Notes under the pieces: model-generated
The model's database searches: none
Told to the model about the DNA's origin: nothing
Seen by the model: only the letters and a program-made list of their open reading frames with translations
Origin: Octopus vulgaris
Taxonomy: Eukaryota
Direction of reading: 5' to 3'
Length of the DNA: 64,000 nucleotides
NCBI GenBank assembly: GCA_951406725.2
Contig: OX597816.1
Coordinates: 1,922,001 to 1,986,000 of the forward strand
Shown here: positions 11,734 to 24,680 of the stretch, piece after piece
Layout: every line of letters starts with the position of its first letter
Position numbering within the stretch: position 1 is the stretch's first letter
Position numbers and translations under genes: made by a program

Positions 11734-12987
11734 ATATTATTTATTTAAAGGTCACAATACATGTATTAAAGTGTTACTAATAGTTTGATATGTTGAGAGA
11801 ACTCAAACATATTCTTCAGGTGCAAACCTCATATCATAACGAACTAAAGAAATTGAATAATAGAAGAAACGTGAACATGCATAGAAAATGCACCCTCCTG
11901 GAGTATTTGAAAGTCTGATAGCTAATAATAGTAACAGAGTGTCTAACCTGTCTTCTTCCAAAGAAATTTTCGAGAAAGCTGCCTCCTATTATAATAAGAC
12001 CCTAGCCAATAGTGGCTTGAAAGATAAAGCAGTACTTATCCACTCTAGTATTAATCAGAATAATAATAAGAAACCTAAAAATGAGCCAAAGAAAGTTCTT
12101 TGGTTCGCCTTTCCCTTTTCCCTTAATATAAAAACTAACATTGGTAAAAGATTCCTGTCATTCCTAGACAAACGCTTTCCAGCAACTCACAGATACAGGA
12201 AAATATTCAAAAGGCTTTCCGTGAAATTATCATGCAGCTGGTGCCCCAATATGAAGAGTATCATTACACGTGGTCAACACCAAGAAACTGACTCCAGCTG
12301 CAACTGTCGTGACCCAGGGTCCTGTCCACTTAACCAACACTGTATGACTAAATCTGTCATATATGAGGCAGAAGTTACTGCAACCCTAAATAATAATACA
12401 ACCGAAAAGAAGACCTATATTGGATTATGTGAAGGAGAATTTACAAATCGCTGTGCCAATTGCACAGCCTCTTTCCGACATCGGGACAAAAGTAAAGCTA
12501 CGAAGTTGGCTATCGTACGTATGGACTTTGAAAGATAACGAAACACCGCAAGTGATTAAATGGAAAGTAATTGAGAAATCCATACCTTATGGGAATGGAT
12601 CGAATAAATGTAGACTTTGTTTGGCTGAAAGAGTGCAGATCCTGTTCAGATCTAAGATCCCTCTATTGAAGACCTGGAAAATTCCATCAGTTCCTGACGG
12701 ACTCCATATCTTTCCAGCCTTATCATTTAACGTCTAAGGAGGATAACTCTTTTATCTTCTGCTTTTTATTTTTTACATTTTAGTTTTTCTTTTTCTTTTT
12801 CCCTTGTTTGCTGTCTGTGTTTTCTATATGCTGCCTTCTTAGATTTTTTGCATTTCTTCTATTATTCAAATTCTTCAGTTCATTATGAGATGTGGTTTGT
12901 GCCTGAAGAATGTTTGAGATTTCTCAACATATGAAACTATTAGTGAGTGCTTTAATACATATATTGTGACCTGTAAATAAATAATAT
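11734..12987 (+). mobile_element. Penelope-like retroelement 3' part (RT thumb, Cys-rich linker, GIY-YIG endonuclease) flanked by ~135-bp inverted pLTR copies
   Basis: ORF 11888-12538 plus frameshifted 12420-12737 give HPP, CNC-x5-CPL, VIY...YIG and CRLCLAE. Arms 11734-11869 and 12853-12987 are inverted copies. Confidence 0.85.
12899..12950 (+). ncRNA. Degenerate type I hammerhead ribozyme motif in pLTR (second copy on minus strand, 11771-11823)
   Basis: GTGC-CTGAAGA, stem ATGTTTGAG/CTCAACAT, GAAA-CTATTAG. Core boxes are present; stem I is decayed. Confidence 0.6.
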
Positions 12988-13879
12988 ATAAAAATATATG
13001 TATAAGGTGAGTTCAATTAGAGGTAATAAACACCATCTAAGGGATAGTTGTATCCAATGAATTACTGGTATATTACCTGTATGTGGTTATGAGTATTAGT
13101 ATTAATGCTCATAAATGACAGGCAAGAAAAAGAATAAACTGAAGTATATAGATTTTTCCTTTAATCTATGAATACACAGACACATATATACAAAAAACTT
13201 TGTCATCGTCATCATCGTTTTATGTCCATTTTCCATATTGGCATAAGCAGAATGGTTTGACAGGATCCAACAAATTGGAGGACTCCTTCTTTGCTCCAGT
13301 CTCACATAATTGGCATGCTTTCCGCAAACGGATGCCCTTCCCAACACTGATCCCTTTATACAATGTACTGGATGCAGTTCTATTGCACCATCACTATGGA
13401 GGTTGCCTTGCCATCGTCAGAACAAAAGAGCTTTCTCAAGCCCTCTGATGCCACTGTTTGAATCAGTTAACAAACCCTTACACTATTTTGGTTAAGAGCC
13501 CCCACCTCCACACCCTTGATGAAAAGGATCAGATTTATTACAAGGAGACAGTAAGAGAGAGAATAACAAAGGGGGGGACAGAATTGCACTGGGTGCAAAG
13601 GATACGTAGGAGAGGAAAAGGGGAGAGTAATTTAGGGTAACAGAGAGGGGGTGTATCACCATCATCATCATTTCATATTCACTTTCTATACTGGACTGTA
13701 TTGGATGATTCAACAGGTTCCAGTGCAGCAGAGGACCATGTCTTGCTCCGGTGTCTCAGTTTAAGCATGGTTCCCATGGCTGAATGTCCTTTATAATGTC
13801 AACCACTTTACAGAGCATACAGGATGCCCCTTTTCGTGGTGCCAACATTTACATGCATGCAAGCATACATACATAAAGA

Positions 13880-14224
13880 TAAAGAGGTAATGAGCTCCTT
13901 CAGTCATGAATGACCATGGGATTGCACCTAGAAAGTTCCCTTCAGAGGCACAAGTCAGGGCAAGGTTATTTTATGGAAGACCAGCAGTCACCCATGCATA
14001 CCAGCCTCCTCTCTCCATGCCACCGATGTTATCCAAGGGAAAGGCAAAGGGGCCGATACAGCTTGGCACCAGTGATGTTGCAACTCATTTCTACAGTTGA
14101 GTGAACTGGAGCAATGTGAAATAAAGTGTCTTGCTCAAGAACACAACACGCAGCCCTGTCTGGATATCAAACTCACAACCTCATGAGTGTGAGCTCGATG
14201 CTCTAACCACTGAGCCATGCACCT
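13880..14224 (-). mobile_element. tRNA-derived SINE (family D-type head, distinct tail)
   Basis: Minus strand reads TGGCTCAGTGGTTAGAGC (A box), then TCTTGAGCAAGACACTTTATTTCAC as at 42770 and 43255. Confidence 0.75.
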
Positions 14225-14265
14225 TCACACACACACGTGCACACACACACACACACATACATACA

Positions 14266-14294
<29 letters not shown>

Positions 14295-14296
<2 letters not shown>

Positions 14297-15672
14297 GTGG
14301 AAGCTAGGTTTAGAATCAAAAGGCCTTAGAGTCAATGTAGCAAAGACCAAAGTTCTAGTAAGTAGGATGGCGAACTCATCACACACCCCCTTAGATAGGT
14401 GGCCCTGCTCGATCTGTAGGAAAGGTGTAGGTAGAAACTCCATAAGATGTACCCAGTGTAAGCTATGGACGCATAAGAGGTGCAGCAACATCAAAAGGAA
14501 ATTAACTGATAAGATAGCTTTCATGTGTGGCTGATGCACAGGGGCAATAGACACCATTGATACTCAGAAAACAGATTCCATCACACTCCAGGGGAAGAAA
14601 CTAGAAGTAGTTGATAGTTTCCGCTACCTAGGTGACCAAGTTAGTTGTGAGGGCGGATGCTCAGAGAGTGTCACCACTAGAATATGAATAGCCTGGGCAA
14701 AGTTTATAAAGCTCCTACCCCTACTGGTGACAAAGAGTCTCTCGCTCAGAGTGAAAGGTAGATTGTACGATGCATGCGTGTGAACTGCCATGCTTCATTG
14801 TAGTGAAACATGGGCTGTGACTGCAGAGGACATGTGTAGGCCTGAAAGAAATGAAGCTAGCATGATCCGCTGGATGTGTAATGTCAGTATGCATACACAG
14901 CAGAGTGTAAGTGCCCTGAGAGAAAAGCTAGACATAAGAAGCATCGCATGTGGAGTGCAAGAGAGACTGTGCTGGTATGGTCATGTACTATGGATGGATA
15001 AGGAGAGATGTGTGAAGAAGTGCCACTCCCAAACAGTTGAAGGAATGGGATGAGATATGGGATGAGGTGGTCAAGCATGATCTTCGGACATTGGGCCTCA
15101 CAGAGGCAATGACGAAAGACTGAGACCTCTGGAGATATGCTGTGACTGTAAAGACCCAACAAATAACATGAGGTCATGGCTGTTTCCTGCACCAGCTTCA
15201 CATAGCAGCCCCAGCCCATCCAAAGTACCTTGGATCGCAGGACGGCCTGCTGAGCTTACCTTGGATCGTAGGGTGACCTGCTGTGCTTGAGGAGACCTAT
15301 TGAGTCAAGTACATCAACATCAAAATAAAAATCAAATGGAAATTGTAGTTGTGATACCTGTGCTGGTGGCACGTAAAAAGCACCATCCAAACGTGGCCAA
15401 TGCCAGCACCGCTTTGACTGGCTTCCATGCTGGTGGCACGTAAAAAGTACCAACTGATCATGGCCGTTGCCAGCCTCCCCTGGCACCTGTGCTGGTGGCA
15501 CGTAAAAAGCACCCACTACACTCACGGAGTGGTTGGTGTTAGGAAGGGCATCCAGCCGTAGAAACACTGCCAGATCAGACTGGTGCAGCCTCCTGGCTTC
15601 CCAGACCCTGGTCGAACCGTCCAACCCATGCTAGCATGGAAAACGGACGTTAAACGATGATGATGATGATGA
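14295..15672 (+). mobile_element. 5'-truncated RTE-clade LINE (end of RT, PHD-like finger, thumb, 3' UTR, (GAT)n tail), pseudogenised
   Basis: GLRVNVAKTK, LEVVDSFRYLG, MLHCSETWA and WYGHV motifs, with in-frame stops. Confidence 0.9.
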
Positions 15673-17789
15673 TATATATATACACACACACACACAACAG
15701 GCATCCATACAGTTTCTATCTGCTAAATTCCCTCGCATGGCATTAATTGGCCTGAGGCTATAGCAGAAGGCACTTGTCCAAGTTTCTCTACTGAAGAACT
15801 GAACTCAAAGCAACAAGATTGCAAAGTGAGCTTCTTAACCAGACAGCCATTCCCATAACAAGAAATAACTATTTTTCTCTATAATTAAAACGAAAGGCAG
15901 CAAGTGCTCCATAAAACTGAAGTCTATTTAGACATTCAATTTTTACAACCAAAGAATTGCTCCCAGTGGCACAGCATGAGCAGAGCAAGCGCTGTGGAGG
16001 GGCCGGCTATTTTATCTCTATTATTACTTCTTTATTTCTTGGTTCTTTTTTCCAGTGTGACCCTATGGCGCTAATTGCCAATATACCAATATATTGGGTA
16101 CTTTGTGTTTTTAAATCATACCAATCTTCTATTTTTGTTACTAGAAAATGAAGAACATTTAATTAATTAAAAGCAATGTTGATAGCAATATAGGTGTATA
16201 CTGTTATATTTAACATGTTCATGTATATTCAAGCATGAAAGGACATTTGTTGTAGGAATTGTTTTGTGAGAACAACTGTATCAAGGCATGTGAAAAAAAA
16301 AAAACTGAGTTCTGAATGATATAATTTGATCATAAGACATGTGCTTCTGTGTTGTCATGCTCCATTAGCTAGACACACCAAATCGGTTATTCAAACCTTA
16401 AGAAGAATTGCTGTTCTTATATCTAAACAGCAAATAATAATTTGCTGGTATGTGCAATGCTTCGTCAAGCTGGAATTAATTAATTAAAGGTACTTGAAGC
16501 AGTGTTGATTGAAATATTTGTGTGTGCAATTATGTTTAACATGTATGAGTAGACTAAAACATGGGAAGACCTTCACTGTGAAAACTGTTCCTGCAGAGGA
16601 ATTCTCTTTACCATGGAGAATAAGTAACCATTTTATCTTTCTTCGGTCTCAATAATCTTTCTTACTCTTTACTCAAACTTGTGTTCAAGCAATGCAATGT
16701 ATTAGTTTCCTGGATTCTATTATGTCTAAGTAATAACAAAATATTTATTGCTGTCAAACCTCGAACAAATTTATAATCAAGATTTCATGCTGCACCAAAC
16801 ATAGCTTCCTAATGCATTTATAATTACATTTGTCGTTTGAAATCTTGTTCAAGACAGATCTGCAAGCTATAACTCTACACAATCCAACAAATGAGAGATT
16901 AATTGGAAAGGTGATAATCTTCCCATTCCAACTAAGAATGGGTTATGGATCAATTCTTTGGACTGTGATGAATGCAAACAGCTTATCTACCAGACCGTAC
17001 TGACATTCTATACTGACATATATATATATAATAGCGTCACATCTCACAGCGTAAAATTAAAATTAATTGGATTCTTGTGTCGGTGTGTGACAATGTTACA
17101 ATCATAAAGTATGCCAAAACGTAACAGTTTGTTGTCAGTAATTATAAACTTAAAAGATAGACTTATATTTTCATCGTTAAATTTTATATTCACAAAGAAG
17201 TAAATAGCATAACATAAGTGCTTCATTTTTCAATTAATTAGTTTCACTCAACCAAAAGCTGTCTTCGTTACCTACTGGGGGGTATATGGTTCTGGGAGAA
17301 AAATCAGAAAAAAAAGTCCATCGTCATCATTTAAAATCCCTCATCCATGCTGGCATGGGTTGGACCGTTTGACAGGATCCGATAAGCCAGAGAACTGAAC
17401 TGCGATTTGTATGGTTTCTACAGTTGGACATTTTTCCAAACACTGCTTCACTGCATTTATTGGGTGCATTTGTTATGGCACCAAGACTCATGAGGTCATC
17501 ACGCAGCTTCATTTAACATCCACGTTCCATGCTGGCAAGGGTTGGACCAAGACATGGATATCTTGTTTGTTATTTCCTCCAAATTTTCTAAGTAAAGCCT
17601 ATGGGATATTTGGCTTGTTGACTCTGTTGGTTCCAAAGCTTCCATCCCAGTGGTTTGGTTTCAGGTTCAGTTCCACTGCATAGCACCTTGGGCGGGAAAA
17701 TGATGAGCAAGATATCCATACCTTGTGAATGAATTTGGTGGATAGAAACTGAAGGAAGCCTGGCATGTGTGTGTTTTGTGTATGCATTG

Positions 17790-18200
17790 ACATGGCTGAT
17801 GCCAGTCCCACATGACTGATACCCATGCTGGTGGCATGTAGAAAGCACCATTCAAGCGTGGTCAATGCCAGTTCCACTGGACTGGGTCCCGTGCTGGTGG
17901 AACGTAAAATGCACCATATGAACATGGTCGATGCCAGTGCCACCCGACTAGATCCTGCACCGGTGGCATGTAAAAACCATTTGAGCTCCTGTGCTGGTAG
18001 CATGTAAAAAGCACCCACTACACTCTCGGAGTGGTTGGCATTAGGAAGGGCAGCCAGTTGTAGAAACATTGCCAGATCAGATTGGAGCCTGGTGCAGCCT
18101 CCTGGCTTCTCAGACCCCAGTCAAACCGTCAAACCCATGCCAGCATGGAAAATGGACGTTAAACGATGACAAGGATGATGATGATGATGATGATGAGGAT
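17790..18200 (+). mobile_element. RTE 3' UTR fragment with four subrepeats
   Basis: Four GGTGGCAYGTAAAA-like units, ending GGACGTTAAACGATGA. Confidence 0.8.
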
Positions 18201-18943
18201 GATGCTTGATATCATTCACTGTTTCTCTCTGCCATACGACCAATGTCATTTGGTTCCCAAACTTCCGCAAAGATAAGACCAGCCATGGGGAAATGTTACT
18301 CTGCTTGGAAACAGGGGGAGGTTGGCAACAGGCAGGACACCTGGCTGTAGAAAAATCTACCTCCTGACACATGCAAGTACAGAAAAGGAGACATTAAAAC
18401 AATGATGATGATGATGATGATGATGAGGATGATGCAAATACACATAATACATCTATGATGAAAAGCGTTTCATCCCATCTTTTATTTAGACTTCATCTCT
18501 GTCAGCCTAAAATACCAAAAGATCCCTCTCAACATTTTCATATTTTTTAAAGGCATTTCGAAGTAACTTTAATTAGAATTTAACTGCTGTTTCTGGCAGA
18601 TCAAGCGACAGAGTAGAGAATCTTCTAGTGTTTATTTTTTGTGGTTGTTATTTCTGTTTTGAATACCTGGTGGTGTTGGTATGTTTGCCAGGTGATTCAA
18701 ATGGGGTTGTCTCAAAACAAAAGCTGTCATTTTATAGAAAGCAGTCAATCAATTGATGAGTTTTTATTGGCAGCATTTGTGTTTCTTGATGTCTTTCTAT
18801 TGATTGCGTTGCCAACGGCGATGCCCAATGCAAACCTTTTTTATTGATTATCATGGATTTGTTTATTCCAGATAAAGGACCAAAGCATGTTTGTTCCATA
18901 TTCCTTGATGAGTCATACAATTGTTTATATATGTGTCTATATA

Positions 18944-18986
<43 letters not shown>

Positions 18987-19119
18987 TTATGCATCTGTCT
19001 TTGTGTTTTGCTTCATGTTTGCCCAACACGTTTTAAAGATTTAACGATAGGATACGTTTTCTTGACTTTTGTTGCAGGATTTTATGAGCATGGATTTTAG
19101 TTTATGTGTGTGTGTGTAT

Positions 19120-19528
19120 TTTTATACACACACACACATGCACACATGCACATACACACACACACATGCACACATGCACATACACACACATACACACAAA
19201 CTCATACACAGACATGCACATACACACACAAACTCATACACACACATACACACACACACACAAACACACACACATACACACACACACACAGAGGCAAACA
19301 TGCACATACACACACATACACAAACACACACACATGCACAAACACACACATACACAAACACACACATACACACAAACACATACACACACACAAACACACA
19401 CGCATACACACACATACACACACACACACACACAGAGGCAGACATGCACATACACAAACATACACAAACACACACATGCACAAACACACACATACACACA
19501 AACACACACACGCACACACATGCACATG

Positions 19529-19561
<33 letters not shown>

Positions 19562-19565
19562 ACGT
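19120..19565. repeat. Interrupted (CA)n tract
   Basis: Direct. Confidence 0.95.
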
Positions 19566-19848
19566 TTTTCTTTTCTTTTTATGTTCAGTTAACAATAAAA
19601 ACAGTTTCCCATTAACCCGGTCGCTCGTTCCATTCTTTTGCAAAGAACAAATTTATTATTCTTTAAAAAGAATATTGCTGACTGTGACTTCGAAGTTTTC
19701 GCCAGCTGAGCCACCACTGGGCAGTCCAATGATGTGGCTTAACTGGACAACAGATGTATATAGTTAGATATACATAAATACACACATTTACACACACATA
19801 TATATACACACATGTGGGTGTGTTAGTGTATGTATGTATGTATGTATG

Positions 19849-19947
<99 letters not shown>

Positions 19948-19949
19948 AT

Positions 19950-20165
19950 ATGTTTGTGTGTCTGTATTTGTACTCTCACCATTGCTTGACAACCGATGTT
20001 GGTGTGTTTATGTCCCTGTTACTTAGTAGTTTGGCAAAAGAGACCAATAGAAAAAGTAGTAGGCTTACAAAGAGTAAGTCCTGGGGTCGATTTGTTCGAA
20101 TAAAGGAGGTGCTCCAGCATGGCCGCAGTCAAATGACTGAAACAAGTAAAACAAAAAAGAATAAA
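19950..20165 (+). mobile_element. SINE family A 3' half
   Basis: Matches 31980-32180. Confidence 0.8.
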
Positions 20166-20169
20166 AGAA

Positions 20170-20615
20170 TATGTGTGTGTGTGTGTGTGTATGCATGTTT
20201 GTATGTATGTATCATGTTTTTATATATGTATCAGTGTGTGTGTGTGTGTGTGCATGTGTGTGTGCATGTGTGTGTGTGTGCATGTATGTGTGCATGTGTG
20301 TGTGCATGTGTGTGCATGTGTGTGTGCGTGTGTGTGTGTGCATGTGTGTGTGTGTGTGCATGTGTGTGTGCATGTGTGTGTGTGTGTGTGTGTGCATGTG
20401 TGTGCATGTGTGTGTGTGTGTGCATGTGTGTGTGTGCATGTGTGTGTGCATGTGTGTGTGTGTGTGTGTACATGTGTGCATGTGTGTGTGCATGTGTGTG
20501 TGTGCATATGTGTGTGCATGTGTGTGTGTTAAGTTATTGTTGAAGCGTTTTGGTATTTGTTGCTTCTCTGAAGTGCATGTGTGCATGTGTGTGTGTGTGT
20601 GTGCATGTGTGTGTG

Positions 20616-20652
<37 letters not shown>

Positions 20653-20705
20653 ATGTGTGTGTGTGCATGTGTGTGTGTGCATGAGTGCATGTGTGTGTGT
20701 GTGTG
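20170..20705. repeat. (TG)n tract interrupted by CATG
   Basis: Direct. Confidence 0.95.
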
Positions 20706-20914
20706 CTCTTTCCAGGCTGTGTCAGCAAGCGGCCTGCCCTCATATGTCCAAAACTTCAAGGGATTGAAACAAAAACAATCCTCATAAAATCAAAAATAAA
20801 ATAAGATAAACAAAAGAATCCATGGAAGGGGATGATCAGACAATCGATGGCCATTGTTATCCTCATTCTTCTCCTGACCTGCATCATTCTTTTTCTTTAT
20901 CTCCTCCTTCACTT

Positions 20915-21170
20915 TCCACCACCACCACACCACCACCACCGCCGTCACCACCACCACCGCCGCCGCCGCCACCACCACCACCGCCGCCGCCGCCGCCACC
21001 ACCACCACCACCGCCACCACCACCACCACCACCGCCGCACCACCACCACCACCACCACCACCACCACTGCCACCACCACCACCGCACCACCACCACCACC
21101 ACCACCACCGCTGCCACCACCACCACCACCGCCGCACCACCACCACCACCACCACCGCCACCACCAACAT
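20915..21170. repeat. (CCA/CCG)n microsatellite
   Basis: Direct. Confidence 0.95.
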
Positions 21171-21488
21171 CATGACTATTTTCCATCGTCCACTTTCCTT
21201 TTGAGCCTTATTGTTTTATAAATATAATCCCTTTTTTGCTGTATTTAAGGAACTGTGAAATAATAGGTAAGTATTATGAGCTAATAGGTTTATACTTTCA
21301 TGCATGTATATGCATATGTATGCATGTATATATATGTGCATGTGTGTATATATCATCACCATCATCATCATCGTTTAACATCCACTTCCCATGCTGGCAT
21401 GGGTTGGACAATTTGACTGAGGACTGGCAGGCCAGAAGGCTGCACCAGGCTCCAATCTGATCTGGCAAAGTTTCTGCTATGCGTTTGA

Positions 21489-22820
21489 TCTTATATGTTA
21501 AAAGGTAAGTTGTGTGTGTGTGTGTGTGTTGTGAGAACCACTTCTACTCCTACAGTTTTCAACCGAATGTCACCAAATATGAAATGTGTGCTCTCTTTGA
21601 CCTAGGATGCATTTTCTTATAATTTTTTTCCTTGAAATTCTGCACCCCCAAGATAAATAGACTACTCTCAATTTGCCTAGGATTTGGCTTGAGCCAACAT
21701 AAAAAACGTGACACCCAACCAGCTGGAAAAAATCACTACTTTACTTTGTCATCTGTGGTGAGCTCTTATTGACTGCTTGCACTGTACTGCCAGCAGTATT
21801 CATTTGCGAGTTATGATGTGCCTCTGTTTTCACGTGAGCACTCTTTTTCATATAATTATTCCAACTTAAACTGGCCACTTCAAAACTCTTACCCAAAATT
21901 AAAAACCCTTTATGTGGTCTGTTTGATTAACATTTTTGCCAACTACATTTTACTATTTTTTGGGTGTTACACATTCACCGCTCTTTCCTCAGGACATTTT
22001 CTATTGCGTAAACTGATAATTTTCCACCATGCCTTGATGCAAAAGGTCCAATATAGGTCAGCAAACAAATGCTGCAAAGAAAAGTAAACGCATGCATGCA
22101 AATGAATCTGCCGAGGACGCCGCCAGCAGGAACTCTCTCAATGCACTTAGGATGGCTTCAGTGGAAAGAAGGTAAAGTGAAGAGCAGCGTTGTGATCGGT
22201 TAGCATGTATTGCTGTGCAATGAGCTGCATGCCGAACAACGAGCAATGTTCAGCATGCCGAACAAGAAAGGCTTCCTCTACTGCAGCGACTGCAGCACAA
22301 TGCATAGTTCAACTTACAAGAGATGCTGCAGTAACTGCTGCTGCACGAGCTGCAGAGACTGCCACACAACCTACAGTTCGAGTTACAAGAGCGACTGCTG
22401 CCGTGCGCACAACGGAGACTACAGGGCAAAGACAACAACGACTGGAGGTTACAACTCACCGAAGGGCTGCACGACGTTCCTACTCAAGGCCATGCTCCTC
22501 GCATTGGTCAAATGACAGCATTCAACTAACAACAGTAATCACCCTGACGTTCAAATAAGCTGCAGGTCCACATTCTGTCCATTTTGTGGAGCTAAAAAGT
22601 GGCCTGGAGAAACTCCCAATATGTGCTGCTCCAATGGTAAGATTACAGTACCTCTTCTACAAGATCCTCCACCCCTTTTGACTGATCTTTTGACAGAGAC
22701 GTCTCCTTCTTCTTGTGACTTTCTCAAGTGGATATGTGCCTACAACTGCGTGTTCCAGATGACTTCCTTTGGTGCCAACATCATACAAGATGGGCATTTC
22801 ATGCCTTCCTTTAAAGTGCA
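21489..22820 (+). mobile_element. Decayed autonomous Helitron 5' part (RepHel N-terminus)
   Basis: 22561-22820 reads CPFCGAKKWPGETPNMCCSNGKITVP...AYNCVFQMTSFGA...FMPSFKVQ, the typical Helitron RepHel N-terminal block. Candidate 5' A|TC at 21489. Confidence 0.85.
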
Positions 22821-22874
22821 GCCCCTCAGCTTACCAGCCCATGCTAGCATGGACAACACACATTAAATGATGAT

Positions 22875-23290
22875 GATACATATACATATATATATGTGTA
22901 TGTGTATGTGTGTACATGTCTGTATGTATGTATGTATGTATGTATGTATGTGTGTGCAGGTGAGTATGTGTGTGTGTACATGGATGTATGAATGTGTGTA
23001 TGTGTATGTGCATGTGTGTGTGTATACATGTCTATATGTATATATGTATGTGTGTGTATGTGTGTACATGTCTGTATGTATGTATGTATGTGTGTGCAGG
23101 TGAGTATGTGTGTGTGTACATGGATGTATGAATGTGTGTATGTGTATGTGTATGTGTGTGTGTATACATGTCTGTATGTATATATGTATGTGTGTGTGTA
23201 GGTGAGTGTGTGTGTGTGTGTGTGTGTGTAGGTGAGTGTATGTGTAGGTGAGTGTGTGTGTGTGCACAGGTGAGTGTGTGTGTGTCTGTG
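22875..23290. repeat. Compound (TG)n/(TATG)n microsatellite with a ~140-bp duplicated block
   Basis: TGTGTGCAGGTGAGTATG...GGATGTATGAATG occurs at 22951 and 23091. Confidence 0.9.
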
Positions 23291-23501
23291 TATCCTAGTC
23301 TTGACCTTACTTGATGCTTGCATACAAGTGTCACCATTATACAGCTGATGTCTGTTTCCAATCGTTTGTGGAAAACGTCAGTCCATGGGGAAAATACTTC
23401 CTTATAAGGAAACGGGTGAAGGTCGGTGACAAGAAGAGCATCTGAGTCCAACACAAGTCTGCCTTGACAAATTCCATCTGACCCTTATAAACATGGAAAA
23501 G

Positions 23502-23539
<38 letters not shown>

Positions 23540-23540
23540 C
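23290..23540 (+). mobile_element. RTE-type SINE tail (related copies near 18280, 28110, 52780, 55130)
   Basis: CCATGGGGAAA...GGAAAC...AAATTCCATCTGACCC...GGAAAAGTGGA then (GAT)n. Confidence 0.65.
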
Positions 23541-24364
23541 AGGAGGAGGTGGAGGAGGAGGATAGTAGTATTAATAGTGCCAAGTAATAATAACCTACAA
23601 GCCGCAAGTTTTGCCTCTGTAAATTCTCCATCTGTTATCATAATCATGTCTCAACAGAGCGTTTCTCACTTTCTCCATTTACCTGTTGCTTATTTTTACC
23701 TTTGAAACTTCAAATGTTGCCTGCACCCATGTTACACCTATCTTTGCATCTGTCTTGTGAAAAGAGTCACTGTCTGTCAAAAAAAAATAATAATAATTAC
23801 AAAGGAGGTAATATCTCCCCCTCCCCCACCTTCCTGTAACCCCCTCCCACATATCCCCTATCCACCACCACCAGGCATTACAAACACTTGACTAACCAAA
23901 CACCTGACCGATCACGTTGCCTTCATGACTATCCCCTCCCCACACTCAACACCTTCCCCTCATCCCCCTGCAGAGTGCAGCAGCAGCAGTTTAGGTGCCG
24001 GACCGAAATCTGTTCTCCCTCTTTGGGCAACAGCCCCCCAAATAGCAATGATGACATACATCAACAACAGCATCCTGGTGATGACAGAAGGGAGTCGTAG
24101 GGGAAGATAACAGCAACAGTGGCAAGTATAGAAAGAACAACAGCAGTGGTGATGGTAGCAGCAACACTCCATTGATGGCATGGAAAATAGCCTGAACCAG
24201 GAAGATGGTAACAACAACAACAACAACACAGATCACAACAGAGCTATGACTGCCACTGACGTTAGCGATAACGACAACAACAACAATAAATAGTGGTAAC
24301 AGTGATTGTGTTAGCAAAGTTACTAATGAGAATAACGAGGGAAAGTGGTGAATGTTACAACAGT

Positions 24365-24680
24365 TATAACTTAGATAAACTTAGATATGTTTCGACCAAA
24401 GATTGGTCCAGGCCATGTCTAACTTAATAGCACCACCTGATAGGATTATTCGAATCCTGTTTAAGTCAAGTTTTGTTCAAGTAGTGAGTTCTTGTTGGGT
24501 GAGTTGTATCCAATTATGGGTGGCTTATCTGGTATTCTTTAAAGGAATCTATCCCGACTCCGTTTAAAGTTGATGGGATCCTTTTCCTCTTTGATCTCCC
24601 TCGGGACAATGTTAAATAGGGCAGGGCCTGTTGAGGAAAAGAAATTATGTTGCAGTGTACATGTATGTTGTGATCTTGAA
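24365..24680 (-). mobile_element. CR1-type LINE 3' end fragment
   Basis: Minus-strand translation GPALFNIVPREIK...FKRSRDRFL*RIPDKPPIIGY...NSLL, followed by a 3' hairpin and CTAAGTT tail repeats. Confidence 0.75.

Noticed and set aside
18860-18900. Hammerhead-like CCAGATAAAGGACCAAAGCATGT
   Set aside because: Both core boxes are mutated and stem II is missing.
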